Notes under the pieces: model-generated
What the model was told of the DNA's origin: nothing
Database searches by the model: none
Seen by the model: only the letters and a program-made list of their open reading frames with translations
Source of the DNA: Lama glama
Lineage: Eukaryota
Direction of reading: 5' to 3'
Assembly: GCA_028534125.1 (NCBI GenBank)
Contig: JAPYYK010000117.1
Location: 558,001-622,000, forward strand
DNA: 64,000 bases
In this document: one piece after another, positions 1-12,400 of the stretch
Numbering within the stretch: the first letter of the stretch is position 1
How the letters are laid out: every line of letters starts with the position of its first letter
Translations under genes and position numbers: made by a program

Positions 1-194
1 AAACACAACTATGGTTCATCCTCCTTAAATGATACAGATGTGAAAGATACTCTCGTAACATGCAGACCTCATCTGACTCATTAGCTGAAAAGGAGATACT
101 ATCATACAAAATCTACCAAATGTGTCCAAAGACAAAACACAAAGTAAGCCTTGCAAATAAACTCCAAACTTAATATTTTGAAAGTTATGAGAAC

Positions 195-255
195 TTGGGT
201 AAGTTATCAACAGGCATGTCCTCAGTTTCCTCATCTGTACAATGAGAAAACGGTT
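195..255 (+). mobile_element. MIR core fragment (mirror 17879-17939, -)
   Basis: CCTCAGTTTCCTCATCTGTACAATG is the MIR core motif. Confidence 0.75.
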
Positions 256-2614
256 CTATAATGGAGTCTAATATACTTTCTATGTCAAACCATGACATTT
301 ACTATTATCACATTCTATTCTGTGATGAAGCTGTATTCACTTCCTAATAATGAACACATTTGTCCTACAAAAGAGTACTTACAACACATATGGATACATC
401 AGTATTGTTATTATCTCTCACTTTTCCACAGGGTCTTTCTGAAGGAAGACTTGGGATCTTCTGCCTTATCAATTTATTAAAATGAACCACTTGCCCAAAT
501 AAACACACTGAAGGCGCCCTTCTTCCACTCTATTTATTACATAAACCACGACTAAGTTTCTGAGAGTGGCTCTCGGCGTCATTCCATTAGCAAATTGCTG
601 GCCTGACTCCCTAAATGAGAACTATAAATTATAACTCTTACTACTATTTTTCCTAAAGTACATTTTCCTAATATTTAATTTATAAATCATTTCCCAGATG
701 TATTAGTAATAAATGGTTGCAGGCGGCAGACAGGTTCCCAACAAGAGCATCATGCTTGCTGTTTACTGGGAGGCCTCATTAAAAAGGCATCAAGAGAAAG
801 CAAAATAAAAACAACCTTGTGAACCCTGGTAATTGGTCTCAAGGGATATGTAATTCCGAGGATATCAATACAGGAATGCCCCAGTACCACATCCCTCTTA
901 GGTTGTACAAAAAAATGCTTATTTGCTGATAGAAAGTTTGTATGAGACAGTAGCTTATGGTCAGAATGAAAGCCAAGCAAAAATAACTGCTCCTTAATTT
1001 CAGATATTTTCTCCCTAAAGCAGTATTTTAATAGAATAACCAGTCTAATCCTCTTGAACTACCATGCTGCTCAGAAATGAAGTAATTTTAAACAAATACG
1101 TCACAACTGTTCATCATGTATGTAGAAGTACATGGATATGTTCATATATCATGTACATAATATACACACGTACTAAAGTGGCATGGTCACTGTTTCAGTT
1201 AACAATTCAGACATATCGCAAATGGATTATTTTGTGGAGATTTATTAATCCTTTTATTTACCACTTTTTAAAATACTGGCTTTTCTTAAAGCAAGACATC
1301 CCCTTGTAAGGAGTGGGACAACTTTTCAGCATTTGTTATCCATCAGACCTCAAACTTGACATTTTGACTCATTTTGATGATCAATTTCCACATATTGCAC
1401 TATTTTCACCTTTTCATGACCCAAAGGAGGGTTATCATTCCCGTGCGATAAGTGAAGAAGTGAGTCAAGCAACACATGAAGTTAAGATTACCAAACCACA
1501 GACATACCACCCAAACTTCACTCCAGTGTTCTTTATTTTTGTTCTATGTTATGACTTCTCTATATTTTAAGGCATTCTTCCACATGGTGAGATAAATTGA
1601 TGGCAATTATGTTACGGAAGTTATCAGGTCTTGGTTGATCCGTAGATCAAGTGGTGTATAAAATGAATTTGCAAAGAAAAAATAAAGAAAACCCTAAAAG
1701 TATGTCAAATCTCAGCATGATTCTTTAGATATATCTGGGTTTCTCGTAAGTTACTCAACAACGGATTCATCTCAATGTTTTTTTCATCTTTGTTTTGAGC
1801 TAAAAGTGACAAGTAAAAATAACTTCTTTTTATTATGGACCCTCTCTCCAGATACAAACCTATCTGTTATGTTATAAGTCAAAGCTATTTATTACTGCCA
1901 GCATCAAATAAAAAACATAAACTAAATAAATTAACTAAGTATTTTAGATGCTTAATGTTTGTATCTGTTTTATGCAGAAAAAAAAAATCTAATGTTAGAT
2001 GTTGGAATCCAGAGCATTGGATTCAATTTTTTTTCTCATTCTTGGTCCACCTCCTGGCATAATCATGTACAGATATATTTGTCCATTCACAAGTAACTTA
2101 CGGACTAATAATAATCTGGGTAGTAGTTTGAACATTTGATCTCAGGTATTGGCTGTATAAATAACACATATAAATTTACTGATCAGTTGACTAAATGTAA
2201 ACTTATTCTTACATTTATAAATTTCTGTCAGAAAAATAGTACATTTTTAAAATAAAATATATGTAAGATACAGAAAATAAAATTTACCAGTTATTCTACC
2301 CAGAAATCATCAGGCAGCATTTTCTTACAATTCCTATGAAGTTTAATTTAATCATCCTCCTGCTATTGGACATTCAGGTAGTCATTCCAATATAATTAAT
2401 AACATTGTGGTGAACATTTTCACACATGATTTCTTGGCAGAATCTTTGGTTATTAAAGTTATTAAATAAGATTGACAGATTTCTATTCATTTGCTTTTTT
2501 TTAACACCATAAACAAAATATTTACCTGACCAACTCATGCAAGGATACAAAATATTGTTTAAAGCAACAGAATTTGAGCTGAGGTTCAAGTAAAAAGCTG
2601 CACTGAACAGAAAC

Positions 2615-2930
2615 AAAAGGCAAAAGAACAAATAGTATATGATTCCACTTATAAAATATATAGAATAGGCTAATTCATTGAGACACCAAAAACAAAAACA
2701 AAACCAAACAGATCAGAGGTTACCAGGAGCTGGGATATCAGAAGGAATGGAAAGTGGTTGCTCAGTGGTTACAGAGGTTCCCCCAGGAGATGAGGAAAAA
2801 GTGTGAAAATAGATCCCAGTGATGGCTGTACAACACTAGCAACATAACTGATGCTACTGAACTGCACACGAAAAGTGGTTAACATGGCAGATTTTATGTT
2901 ATATGTATTTTAATACATTTTTAAAAGTTT
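2615..2930 (+). mobile_element. Old L1M (L1MB-like) 3' end (mirror 15204-15519, -)
   Basis: TATGATTCCACTTATA..AGAGGTTACCAGGAGCTGGG..GTGATGGCTGTACAACAC..ACTGAACTGCACAC..ATTTTATGTTATATGTATTT. Confidence 0.8.
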
Positions 2931-2984
2931 CATTGATGTCAACACATAATAAGCAAAACCTATCTAATTCAATTTTAAACATAA

Positions 2985-3215
2985 ATATGTAGTAATAATA
3001 GCAAGTTTTTGAGTATGTACTATGTCAAAGGCTCTGATAAGTGCTTACATATTGTATCATATTTAAAACCCCCAATAAGCCTATGAATACTAACAACAGG
3101 GAAACTGAAGCCTAATGAACTCATGTATTTTTGCATGGTCTCACCAGAATCAGGACTGATGGACTGATACCACATTGGCATAACTTAAAAGCCACTGCTT
3201 TTAATTATCATGTTG
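2985..3215 (-). mobile_element. MIR (mirror 14919-15149, +)
   Basis: TTGAGTATGTACTATGTCAAAGGCTCTG..AAGTGCTTACAT..GGGAAACTGAAGCCT, antisense to the MIR consensus. Confidence 0.7.
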
Positions 3216-3369
3216 TCTAAATTACATTTCAAACGCTTTGTTTGTTACAACCTGACTTGTTAGACCTATTTTCCATATAAGTAAAATGAAGCTCAATGAG
3301 GTTACAAGAATTAATCCACTATTACAAATCTACAAATAGTACAGGGGAGAATCAGACTTAAAAAAACTA

Positions 3370-4440
3370 TTTTAGACTTAAAAAAATGGGCAAACTGGTA
3401 CAGAGAATTGCCATATAATCTTCATCCATCTGCTTCAATGTTAATCCACATAACCACAGCCCCATGATCGAAACAAGAAACAATACAGATAGTACCAGTG
3501 TTTTCACTAATGTCTTTTTATTTTTCTATAATATGATATAATGTAGAATATTCATAAACAATTTTGTAGAGTGTCCCTCCGTTTGGGTTTGTCTGGTCTT
3601 TCCTCGTGATAACATGATGGTTGTGTATTTTTCTCAAGAACAAAACAGAAGTAATGAGTGGACCCTTCTAAGTGGATCATGCCAGAGGTCCATATAAACC
3701 ATGTGTCTCATTACCGATGTCAATCATGATCGTGGTTCTTAATCATGAACAAGTGGTTAAGGCAGTGTCTGCCAGGTACTGCCACTGTAAAGTCACAATG
3801 TTCCCCTCTTTAATTAATAATAACTTATGGGGAGATGTTCTTGAGTAAGAAAAGCTTGTTTTGCCTCAAACTTTCATTTTCTAGTTTTAGCATCCATCAG
3901 TGCTTCTTGCCTGCAACAATTACCCCGTGGTTTTCTACAATTTTCCATCTTCCTTATTCCTTGCATATTTACTGACTGGAACGCTTGCATAAAGATGAGC
4001 TGTGTCTTCTCTGCCATCAATCTATCTACCTAATCTATCTATCTCAGTATGGGCTCATAATTATTTATTTTATCCTATGGGTTGGTTAAAACTCAGTTTT
4101 ATAGTTATTTATTGGGGTGCTCTAATTTTCTAGCTTTAGTCATTGGGAGCCCTTTCATGTTGACACCTGTGTCCTTTGACATAACCCCATCTCTTTTGAG
4201 CGCTCCCTTACTTGTAGCACCAAAGATGCTCCAAGCTCATCTTGCACTTTCTCTGCCCCAGCCTTGGAATAAGCCACTTCTGCAAGGAGCCCTTAGACAG
4301 TGGTATTAAATATCATTAAACAATGGTATTTAAATACCAAGACACAGGCTCTAGGTGTGCTCACTGCTACTGGACTGTTAATGTTTCTAAGTACCCTCAG
4401 ACTCCCAATAAACAAAGCTTGGAAATACATGTATTATTCT
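3370..4440 (-). mobile_element. L1MC-like (L1MC3/4) 3' region (mirror 13694-14764, +)
   Basis: GTTAAGGCAGTGTCTGCCAGG..CCACTGTAAAGT..TTTTAGCATCCATCAGTGCTTCTTGCCTGCAACAATT..GGAATAAGCCACTTCTGCAAGGAGCCCT match recalled L1MC 3' UTR blocks. Confidence 0.75.
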
Positions 4441-4699
4441 AATAAAGAGCCAGACATTTTATCCAGGGGATTTCACTCTCCTTAACAATATCCTCCGCTA
4501 TCCTGAAACTGGTTTCTAATTTGGGAGGATTCACAAATCAGGAAGGAATAAGGAAGTAATAACATCAATGATATGAATAGTTAAAACAGAAGAAGGGATA
4601 AAATAAAGGCCTGTTTATCTTTATTAAGTTAAGGACTAGCAAATGTTATTTACACAGAGAGGAACTCTAATATACTTGAAATTACAGGTCTCCTGCATC

Positions 4700-4850
4700 T
4701 GAGCAAAACTCTCTAGCTCAGGGCTTTTGTTTCCTTACCTGCGAGATGGGGATGATTATCTCCATCTCTTACAGATAAGAAAATAACACGATATTATAAT
4801 AAATGTGAAGGTATTTTTATACTCTAAAATACATGATTTTGTGTGTATAT
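4700..4850 (+). mobile_element. MIR fragment (mirror 13284-13434, -)
   Basis: GTTTCCTTACCTGCGAGATGGGGATGATTAT is core-like. Confidence 0.6.
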
Positions 4851-4895
4851 TGCTGTCCAATATAAAAATGCTTAATACAAAAACAATTACCAGGC

Positions 4896-5567
4896 TATGA
4901 TGTGCAGAATTCTAAATACGTCCCTCCGAGATTCCCATTTCTTGGTTATTCCATCAAACATGAATCTAGGTGCTGCTTTGAAGGTACTTTGCTGATGGAA
5001 TTAAGATTATTTATCAGCTTACTTTAAAATAGGGGAGTTATTCTGGATAATCAGTGGAGCCAATGTCATCATATCTGTTCTCAAAAGCAGAAGGAGGCGA
5101 CAGAAAAAAATCCATTGGAGGTACCTGAATATGAAGGTGAGGACTGAGAAATGAGGATGAAGGGGAGGACAGAGAGAGATGTGAGAAGAACCTGATCCAC
5201 CATCTCTGGCTTTGAAAACAGCAATGAGCCAGTTATGTAGGTGGATCCTAGAAACTCAGCATGACTTCACGACAAAAGCCAGCAAGAAAACGGGGCCTGG
5301 AACTCAACAGTCACATGGAGCTGAATCCTGCCAGTATCTTGAATGACCCCAGAAAAAGATTTTACCCTCAGCACCAGGAAAACAAGAAGAAAAAAACAAA
5401 AACAAAAAACTTGTTGATCCCTTGCTTTCAACCTTGTTAGACCCTCAGCAGAGATCCATGCTGTGCTCATACTTCGGAGACCTGAAAACTGCGAGCTAAT
5501 AAATGGGGATTATTTTAAGTTGCTAAATTTGTGATAATTTGTTAGAACAGCAATAAAAACAAATACA
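4896..5567 (+). mobile_element. MaLR solo LTR, MLT1E-like (mirror 12567-13238, -)
   Basis: Starts TATGATGTGCAGAATTCTAA and ends AATAAATGGGGATTATTTTAAGTTGCTAAATTTGTGATAATTTGTTAGAACAGCAATAAAAACAAATACA. Flanked on both sides by CCAGGC (4890-4895, 5568-5573), interpreted as the TSD. Confidence 0.85.
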
Positions 5568-6370
5568 CCAGGCTTTTGCAGAAGAAAAATGATTTAGAGA
5601 AATAAAACAATTCTTTTCCTCATCTATGTCAACCACAGAGCTTCAAACATAATGATTACAGTTGATTGATTATAGGAATGAGAAAGATTTGATTCAAGGA
5701 AATTGAGAAAGTATTATATGAATAATGTGCACTTGGTGTTACAGAGTCTACTATATAATTCCAGTGTTTCAGTTTGAGAGTTATCTGAGTCACAAACCCA
5801 CCTACACCAATTTTCTAAAGAGCAACATGATGATAGGTAGAAACAATTCAGCATTTGGACTTGAAATCTTCCATAAAAGTTAATCCAGGCTGTGTTTAAC
5901 CGAATCAGCAGCCAAGGAACCTCTGGCATTTCATCACCTTTCAACCTGAATTTCAAAAATTTTTGATATGGGTACATATTGTAGCTATCTTGGTTTAAGT
6001 GAGATAATGTAAATTAAATTGTCTGAAAATTAAAGATATATAAACTCTCATCAGATTGGGTACAATATTTAGTGACTCTGAGAAACTGACTAAAATAATT
6101 GCTGGTGGTCAGATTGGTCTAGAGTCTTGCCTTACTAAGACATTCACAATTACTGGCTATAGTACTTATCTCATGGTATATTATCTCTCATTGTAACTTT
6201 GTGATTATAAGTTTAGTATATTAGGATGTGGGTTGTTGTTTGCAGTTAAGAAAAAGAATAGGAGTGGAGGAATGGAAGGATACAGAATGACATTATGGTA
6301 ACTCTAAAGTTTCTCATCAATAAAAGGACACTAAGTAAATAAAGTAATTTCTAAAATTCCCCATATTCCT

Positions 6371-6830
6371 TGTTATGAGTTCAATTTCTTCTGCCCTCCT
6401 CCCATCTCCCAAAATTCCTACCTTGAACTCCTAACTCCTAGTGCCTCAAGATATGACCTAAATGGAAAGAGGGGCATTGCAGATGCAATTAGCTGAGTTC
6501 GTACTAGAGTAGGATGGGCACCTAATCCAATTTGGACACACACATAGACACAGAGAAAGAGACAGAGACAGAGAATTCCATGTGAAGATTAAAGCAAAAC
6601 TCAGGGTGATGCTCCCACACACGACAGAACAGTAAAGATTGGCAACAAACCCCCAGCAGCTGGGAGAAAGGTCTGGGGTAGATTCTCCCCCACAGCTCTC
6701 AGAAGGAGCCAACCCTGCAGTAACCTTGATCTTGGACTTCTAGCCTCCAGGTCCATGAAACAACTATTATGGTTATTTAAGCCACCCAGTTGGTGACACT
6801 TGGTTATGGCAACCTGAGCAAACTAATGCA
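6371..6830 (+). mobile_element. MaLR solo LTR, MLT1B/C-like (mirror 11304-11763, -)
   Basis: TGTTATGAGTT start, CTCAGAAGGAGCCAACCCTGC..CTTGATCTTGGACTTCTAGCCTCCAG internal block, TTAAGCCACCCAGT..GTTATGGCAACC..AAACTAATGCA end. Confidence 0.88.
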
Positions 6831-8084
6831 CATCTCCATTCAAGACAAGATACTCAGGGAACTACTGCAATTACCATTACCCAGCAAAGGACATGGACCA
6901 CTTAAAGGACTTTCAAATACCTCTAATCCATTTCAGTCTTAAAAAAAAAAAGGAAAAAAAAAAAGAACTTGAATCTTAAAGAAGGTCGGAATTGTTACTG
7001 CTCTATTTTAAAAGAAACTAGTGGATATAAGATAGTTTGAGAGGCTTGCTTAAAATCAAAGAGATGCTGGAGGAAAAGCCTGAAAATGAAACTGGAAAGT
7101 TTGAATCCACACCTCCTTTCTCCATGCCATTTGGGCAATTTTCATTTGTCTCAAATCCTCATACTTACTCCTAAACTCAGATGGGAGAAACTATCCAACA
7201 GAAATGGTCAGTAAGCTCAGCCCTGACACTGTGTTTTTAGGACAGGATGAAGTCCCATTTTATTTGGCTGCAAGGTGGAGCAGGGAGCAGAACCCTGAAG
7301 GAAGGTCACAGCTGTCCTAGCCAGGCCATTCCCACAAGCCTGTTGTCTTCATCAGTCTGTCAAACCAAAACTGCTGGAGCGGCTCAAGCACAGTTCCAGC
7401 AGGGCACGTGTCACGGACCCCGTCTTCGTCCATTTCTCTTTTATCAGATTACCTTCCAGCAGCTGTTCTCTGCCCCAAGAGGAGCCCTAACACATTTTAC
7501 ATTCCCAGCCAAGCTCCCCTGAGAAATACTCAAAATCCAGGTACCGTTTTGCCAGTGAACAAAATTGCTTCTGCAGGATTAAAATATTCAATTCCTGAGT
7601 TTCTGGTTCAAGTTTGCCTTTCAAGGCACTGTGGTGAACAAACAGCTACCCTTGTGTGGTGAAAGTTTTAACCTCTACAAAGTCCACAGCCTATCTGAAG
7701 AGCAAATTATTACTAGCTCGAGAAGCAATTTGGAATCCCTGAAGGAAACATCAAACTAGGCATACAGTTCATTCTGAATAAGAACAAAATAACTCTTTTT
7801 CTCGATTACTTTCCTCCCCTTGAATTACTCAAATTGTCTCCATCCCTCATCCCACTTAAGAAGACCAGCAAAAAGCAAGATCAGAAACCTATTATTTTAC
7901 AGAAAAAAAAAGAAGTTCTAAGTTGTGAAATAATTTACATATGCAAGCAGATCCAAGTGGAAGCTGCCTTTTGTTATCTTAACTTCTGGGGTGACAGTCC
8001 AAAACAGCCACTGTGCTACATTGCCCACAGATACCTGACAGGTTTCCCAGTGTCAGCAGGGAACAGTTTATCGACCTGACTCAG

Positions 8085-8262
8085 ATGAAACATGGTGCAC
8101 TAAACAGGACAGCACACAAGGAGTCAGGAGACCTGATTTCTCCATCTGGGCCCACTACTAACAAGCTCTATGACCGTGGGAGGCCTTTTGGGAGCTATCC
8201 CGTATTCAAGTAATGAGCCACATGATCTCTGAGGTTCTCCATTTCTAATCTCAAGTTATGAG
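8085..8262 (+). mobile_element. MIR3/MIRb-like SINE (mirror 9872-10049, -)
   Basis: GGAGTCAGGAGACCTG..CCACTACTAACAAGCTCTATGACCGTGGG..ATGATCTCTGAGGTTCTCC. Confidence 0.65.
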
Positions 8263-8917
8263 ATCCTAATCATGTAACTGACTCCCCAAAACCTACTAAG
8301 AAGCAACTCTTGATTGTGATTTTGGCAAATCTGGAGAATAAACCTACATACAGGCTGATGAGAGTGGGAATAGCGAGGTCGATTTTCTCTCAATATTTGG
8401 CATATACTTTACAGTTAGAAAGAGAAGCAAAAATTAAAATGACTATTTATCATGTACTAAGTTCTATGCTAGTTTCTCCACACACTAACCCTTACCCTGT
8501 AAGAATCCCATAAGAGAACTGTAAGAATTCTCCTCATTGAGGATCATTTTAAACCAGGGGAGGGAAAGAGGGGGGTGGCATAGATATTCAGTTAGAAACT
8601 GAACATTGGAGCATAGTGTCTCTCCTGTTATGAGTAGTATAATCCAAACTATTTCTGAGTATTCATTGGAACACTTGGAATAAAAGCCATCACAAAGTTC
8701 GTTTCTTTGCTTAGAGGCATAAAATTTTTTTTAACATTTTTTATTGATTTATAATCATTTTATAATGTTGTGTCAAATTCCAGTGTTTAGCACAATTTTT
8801 CAGTCATTCATGGATATATACACACTCATTGTCACATTTCTTTCTCTGTGAGTTATCATAACATTTTGTGTATATTTCCCTGTGCTATACAGTGTAATCT
8901 TGTTTATCTATTCTACA

Positions 8918-9133
8918 NNNNNNNNNNNNNNNNNNNNNNNNNNNNNNNNNNNNNNNNNNNNNNNNNNNNNNNNNNNNNNNNNNNNNNNNNNNNNNNNNNN
9001 NNNNNNNNNNNNNNNNNNNNNNNNNNNNNNNNNNNNNNNNNNNNNNNNNNNNNNNNNNNNNNNNNNNNNNNNNNNNNNNNNNNNNNNNNNNNNNNNNNNN
9101 NNNNNNNNNNNNNNNNNNNNNNNNNNNNNNNNN
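8918..9133. other. Assembly gap (216 N)
   Basis: Run of N seen directly. Confidence 1.
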
Positions 9134-9410
9134 GAAATAGACTCACAGACAGAGAATACAGACTTGTGGTTACCAGGGGGTGGAGGGTGGGAAGGGATAG
9201 ACTGGGATTTTAAAATTGTAGAATAGATAAACAAGATTACACTGTATAGCACAGGGAAATATACACAAAATGTTATGATAACTCACAGAGAAAGAAATGT
9301 GACAATGAGTGTGTATATATCCATGAATGACTGAAAAATTGTGCTAAACACTGGAATTTGACACAACATTATAAAATGATTATAAATCAATAAAAAATGT
9401 TAAAAAAAAT
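9134..9410 (+). mobile_element. Young lineage-specific (camelid-type) LINE-1 3' UTR with A-tail; partial mirror at 8724-8917 (-)
   Basis: GAAATAGACTCACAGAC..GTGGTTACCAGGGGG..GGGATAGACTGGG..TATAGCACAGGGAAATATA..AATTTGACACAACATT..AATAAAAAATGTTAAAAAAAA is the typical cetartiodactyl L1 3' end layout. Confidence 0.88.
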
Positions 9411-12400
9411 TTTATGCCTCTAAGCAAAGAAACGAACTTTGTGATGGCTTTTATTCCAAGTGTTCCAATGAATACTCAGAAATAGTTTGGATTATACTAC
9501 TCATAACAGGAGAGACACTATGCTCCAATGTTCAGTTTCTAACTGAATATCTATGCCACCCCCCTCTTTCCCTCCCCTGGTTTAAAATGATCCTCAATGA
9601 GGAGAATTCTTACAGTTCTCTTATGGGATTCTTACAGGGTAAGGGTTAGTGTGTGGAGAAACTAGCATAGAACTTAGTACATGATAAATAGTCATTTTAA
9701 TTTTTGCTTCTCTTTCTAACTGTAAAGTATATGCCAAATATTGAGAGAAAATCGACCTCGCTATTCCCACTCTCATCAGCCTGTATGTAGGTTTATTCTC
9801 CAGATTTGCCAAAATCACAATCAAGAGTTGCTTCTTAGTAGGTTTTGGGGAGTCAGTTACATGATTAGGATCTCATAACTTGAGATTAGAAATGGAGAAC
9901 CTCAGAGATCATGTGGCTCATTACTTGAATACGGGATAGCTCCCAAAAGGCCTCCCACGGTCATAGAGCTTGTTAGTAGTGGGCCCAGATGGAGAAATCA
10001 GGTCTCCTGACTCCTTGTGTGCTGTCCTGTTTAGTGCACCATGTTTCATCTGAGTCAGGTCGATAAACTGTTCCCTGCTGACACTGGGAAACCTGTCAGG
10101 TATCTGTGGGCAATGTAGCACAGTGGCTGTTTTGGACTGTCACCCCAGAAGTTAAGATAACAAAAGGCAGCTTCCACTTGGATCTGCTTGCATATGTAAA
10201 TTATTTCACAACTTAGAACTTCTTTTTTTTTCTGTAAAATAATAGGTTTCTGATCTTGCTTTTTGCTGGTCTTCTTAAGTGGGATGAGGGATGGAGACAA
10301 TTTGAGTAATTCAAGGGGAGGAAAGTAATCGAGAAAAAGAGTTATTTTGTTCTTATTCAGAATGAACTGTATGCCTAGTTTGATGTTTCCTTCAGGGATT
10401 CCAAATTGCTTCTCGAGCTAGTAATAATTTGCTCTTCAGATAGGCTGTGGACTTTGTAGAGGTTAAAACTTTCACCACACAAGGGTAGCTGTTTGTTCAC
10501 CACAGTGCCTTGAAAGGCAAACTTGAACCAGAAACTCAGGAATTGAATATTTTAATCCTGCAGAAGCAATTTTGTTCACTGGCAAAACGGTACCTGGATT
10601 TTGAGTATTTCTCAGGGGAGCTTGGCTGGGAATGTAAAATGTGTTAGGGCTCCTCTTGGGGCAGAGAACAGCTGCTGGAAGGTAATCTGATAAAAGAGAA
10701 ATGGACGAAGACGGGGTCCGTGACACGTGCCCTGCTGGAACTGTGCTTGAGCCGCTCCAGCAGTTTTGGTTTGACAGACTGATGAAGACAACAGGCTTGT
10801 GGGAATGGCCTGGCTAGGACAGCTGTGACCTTCCTTCAGGGTTCTGCTCCCTGCTCCACCTTGCAGCCAAATAAAATGGGACTTCATCCTGTCCTAAAAA
10901 CACAGTGTCAGGGCTGAGCTTACTGACCATTTCTGTTGGATAGTTTCTCCCATCTGAGTTTAGGAGTAAGTATGAGGATTTGAGACAAATGAAAATTGCC
11001 CAAATGGCATGGAGAAAGGAGGTGTGGATTCAAACTTTCCAGTTTCATTTTCAGGCTTTTCCTCCAGCATCTCTTTGATTTTAAGCAAGCCTCTCAAACT
11101 ATCTTATATCCACTAGTTTCTTTTAAAATAGAGCAGTAACAATTCCGACCTTCTTTAAGATTCAAGTTCTTTTTTTTTTTCCTTTTTTTTTTTAAGACTG
11201 AAATGGATTAGAGGTATTTGAAAGTCCTTTAAGTGGTCCATGTCCTTTGCTGGGTAATGGTAATTGCAGTAGTTCCCTGAGTATCTTGTCTTGAATGGAG
11301 ATGTGCATTAGTTTGCTCAGGTTGCCATAACCAAGTGTCACCAACTGGGTGGCTTAAATAACCATAATAGTTGTTTCATGGACCTGGAGGCTAGAAGTCC
11401 AAGATCAAGGTTACTGCAGGGTTGGCTCCTTCTGAGAGCTGTGGGGGAGAATCTACCCCAGACCTTTCTCCCAGCTGCTGGGGGTTTGTTGCCAATCTTT
11501 ACTGTTCTGTCGTGTGTGGGAGCATCACCCTGAGTTTTGCTTTAATCTTCACATGGAATTCTCTGTCTCTGTCTCTTTCTCTGTGTCTATGTGTGTGTCC
11601 AAATTGGATTAGGTGCCCATCCTACTCTAGTACGAACTCAGCTAATTGCATCTGCAATGCCCCTCTTTCCATTTAGGTCATATCTTGAGGCACTAGGAGT
11701 TAGGAGTTCAAGGTAGGAATTTTGGGAGATGGGAGGAGGGCAGAAGAAATTGAACTCATAACAAGGAATATGGGGAATTTTAGAAATTACTTTATTTACT
11801 TAGTGTCCTTTTATTGATGAGAAACTTTAGAGTTACCATAATGTCATTCTGTATCCTTCCATTCCTCCACTCCTATTCTTTTTCTTAACTGCAAACAACA
11901 ACCCACATCCTAATATACTAAACTTATAATCACAAAGTTACAATGAGAGATAATATACCATGAGATAAGTACTATAGCCAGTAATTGTGAATGTCTTAGT
12001 AAGGCAAGACTCTAGACCAATCTGACCACCAGCAATTATTTTAGTCAGTTTCTCAGAGTCACTAAATATTGTACCCAATCTGATGAGAGTTTATATATCT
12101 TTAATTTTCAGACAATTTAATTTACATTATCTCACTTAAACCAAGATAGCTACAATATGTACCCATATCAAAAATTTTTGAAATTCAGGTTGAAAGGTGA
12201 TGAAATGCCAGAGGTTCCTTGGCTGCTGATTCGGTTAAACACAGCCTGGATTAACTTTTATGGAAGATTTCAAGTCCAAATGCTGAATTGTTTCTACCTA
12301 TCATCATGTTGCTCTTTAGAAAATTGGTGTAGGTGGGTTTGTGACTCAGATAACTCTCAAACTGAAACACTGGAATTATATAGTAGACTCTGTAACACCA

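Larger units (their letters stand above)
1..8917. repeat. Left arm of a large inverted duplication (reverse complement of 9217-18133), running to the window edge
   Basis: Position i pairs with 18134-i. Bases 1-13 AAACACAACTATG pair with 18121-18133 CATAGTTGTGTTT. Every ORF in 1-8.5 kb has an identical opposite-strand twin (e.g. 25..234- and 17900..18109+). Homopolymers also match: A11GGA11 at 6941-6964 and T11CCT11 at 11170-11193. Confidence 0.98.

Noticed and set aside
3354-3387. Short direct duplications (AGACTTAAAAAAA twice; also AACTTTCATACT near 54180-54208 and TGAAATGTGTTTT near 57715-57747)
   Set aside because: Ordinary slippage micro-duplications with two copies only and no repeat-spacer array, so not CRISPR-like.
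8848-9252. ORFs spanning the N run
   Set aside because: They are artifacts of translating N, and the flanking residues come from L1 3' UTR.
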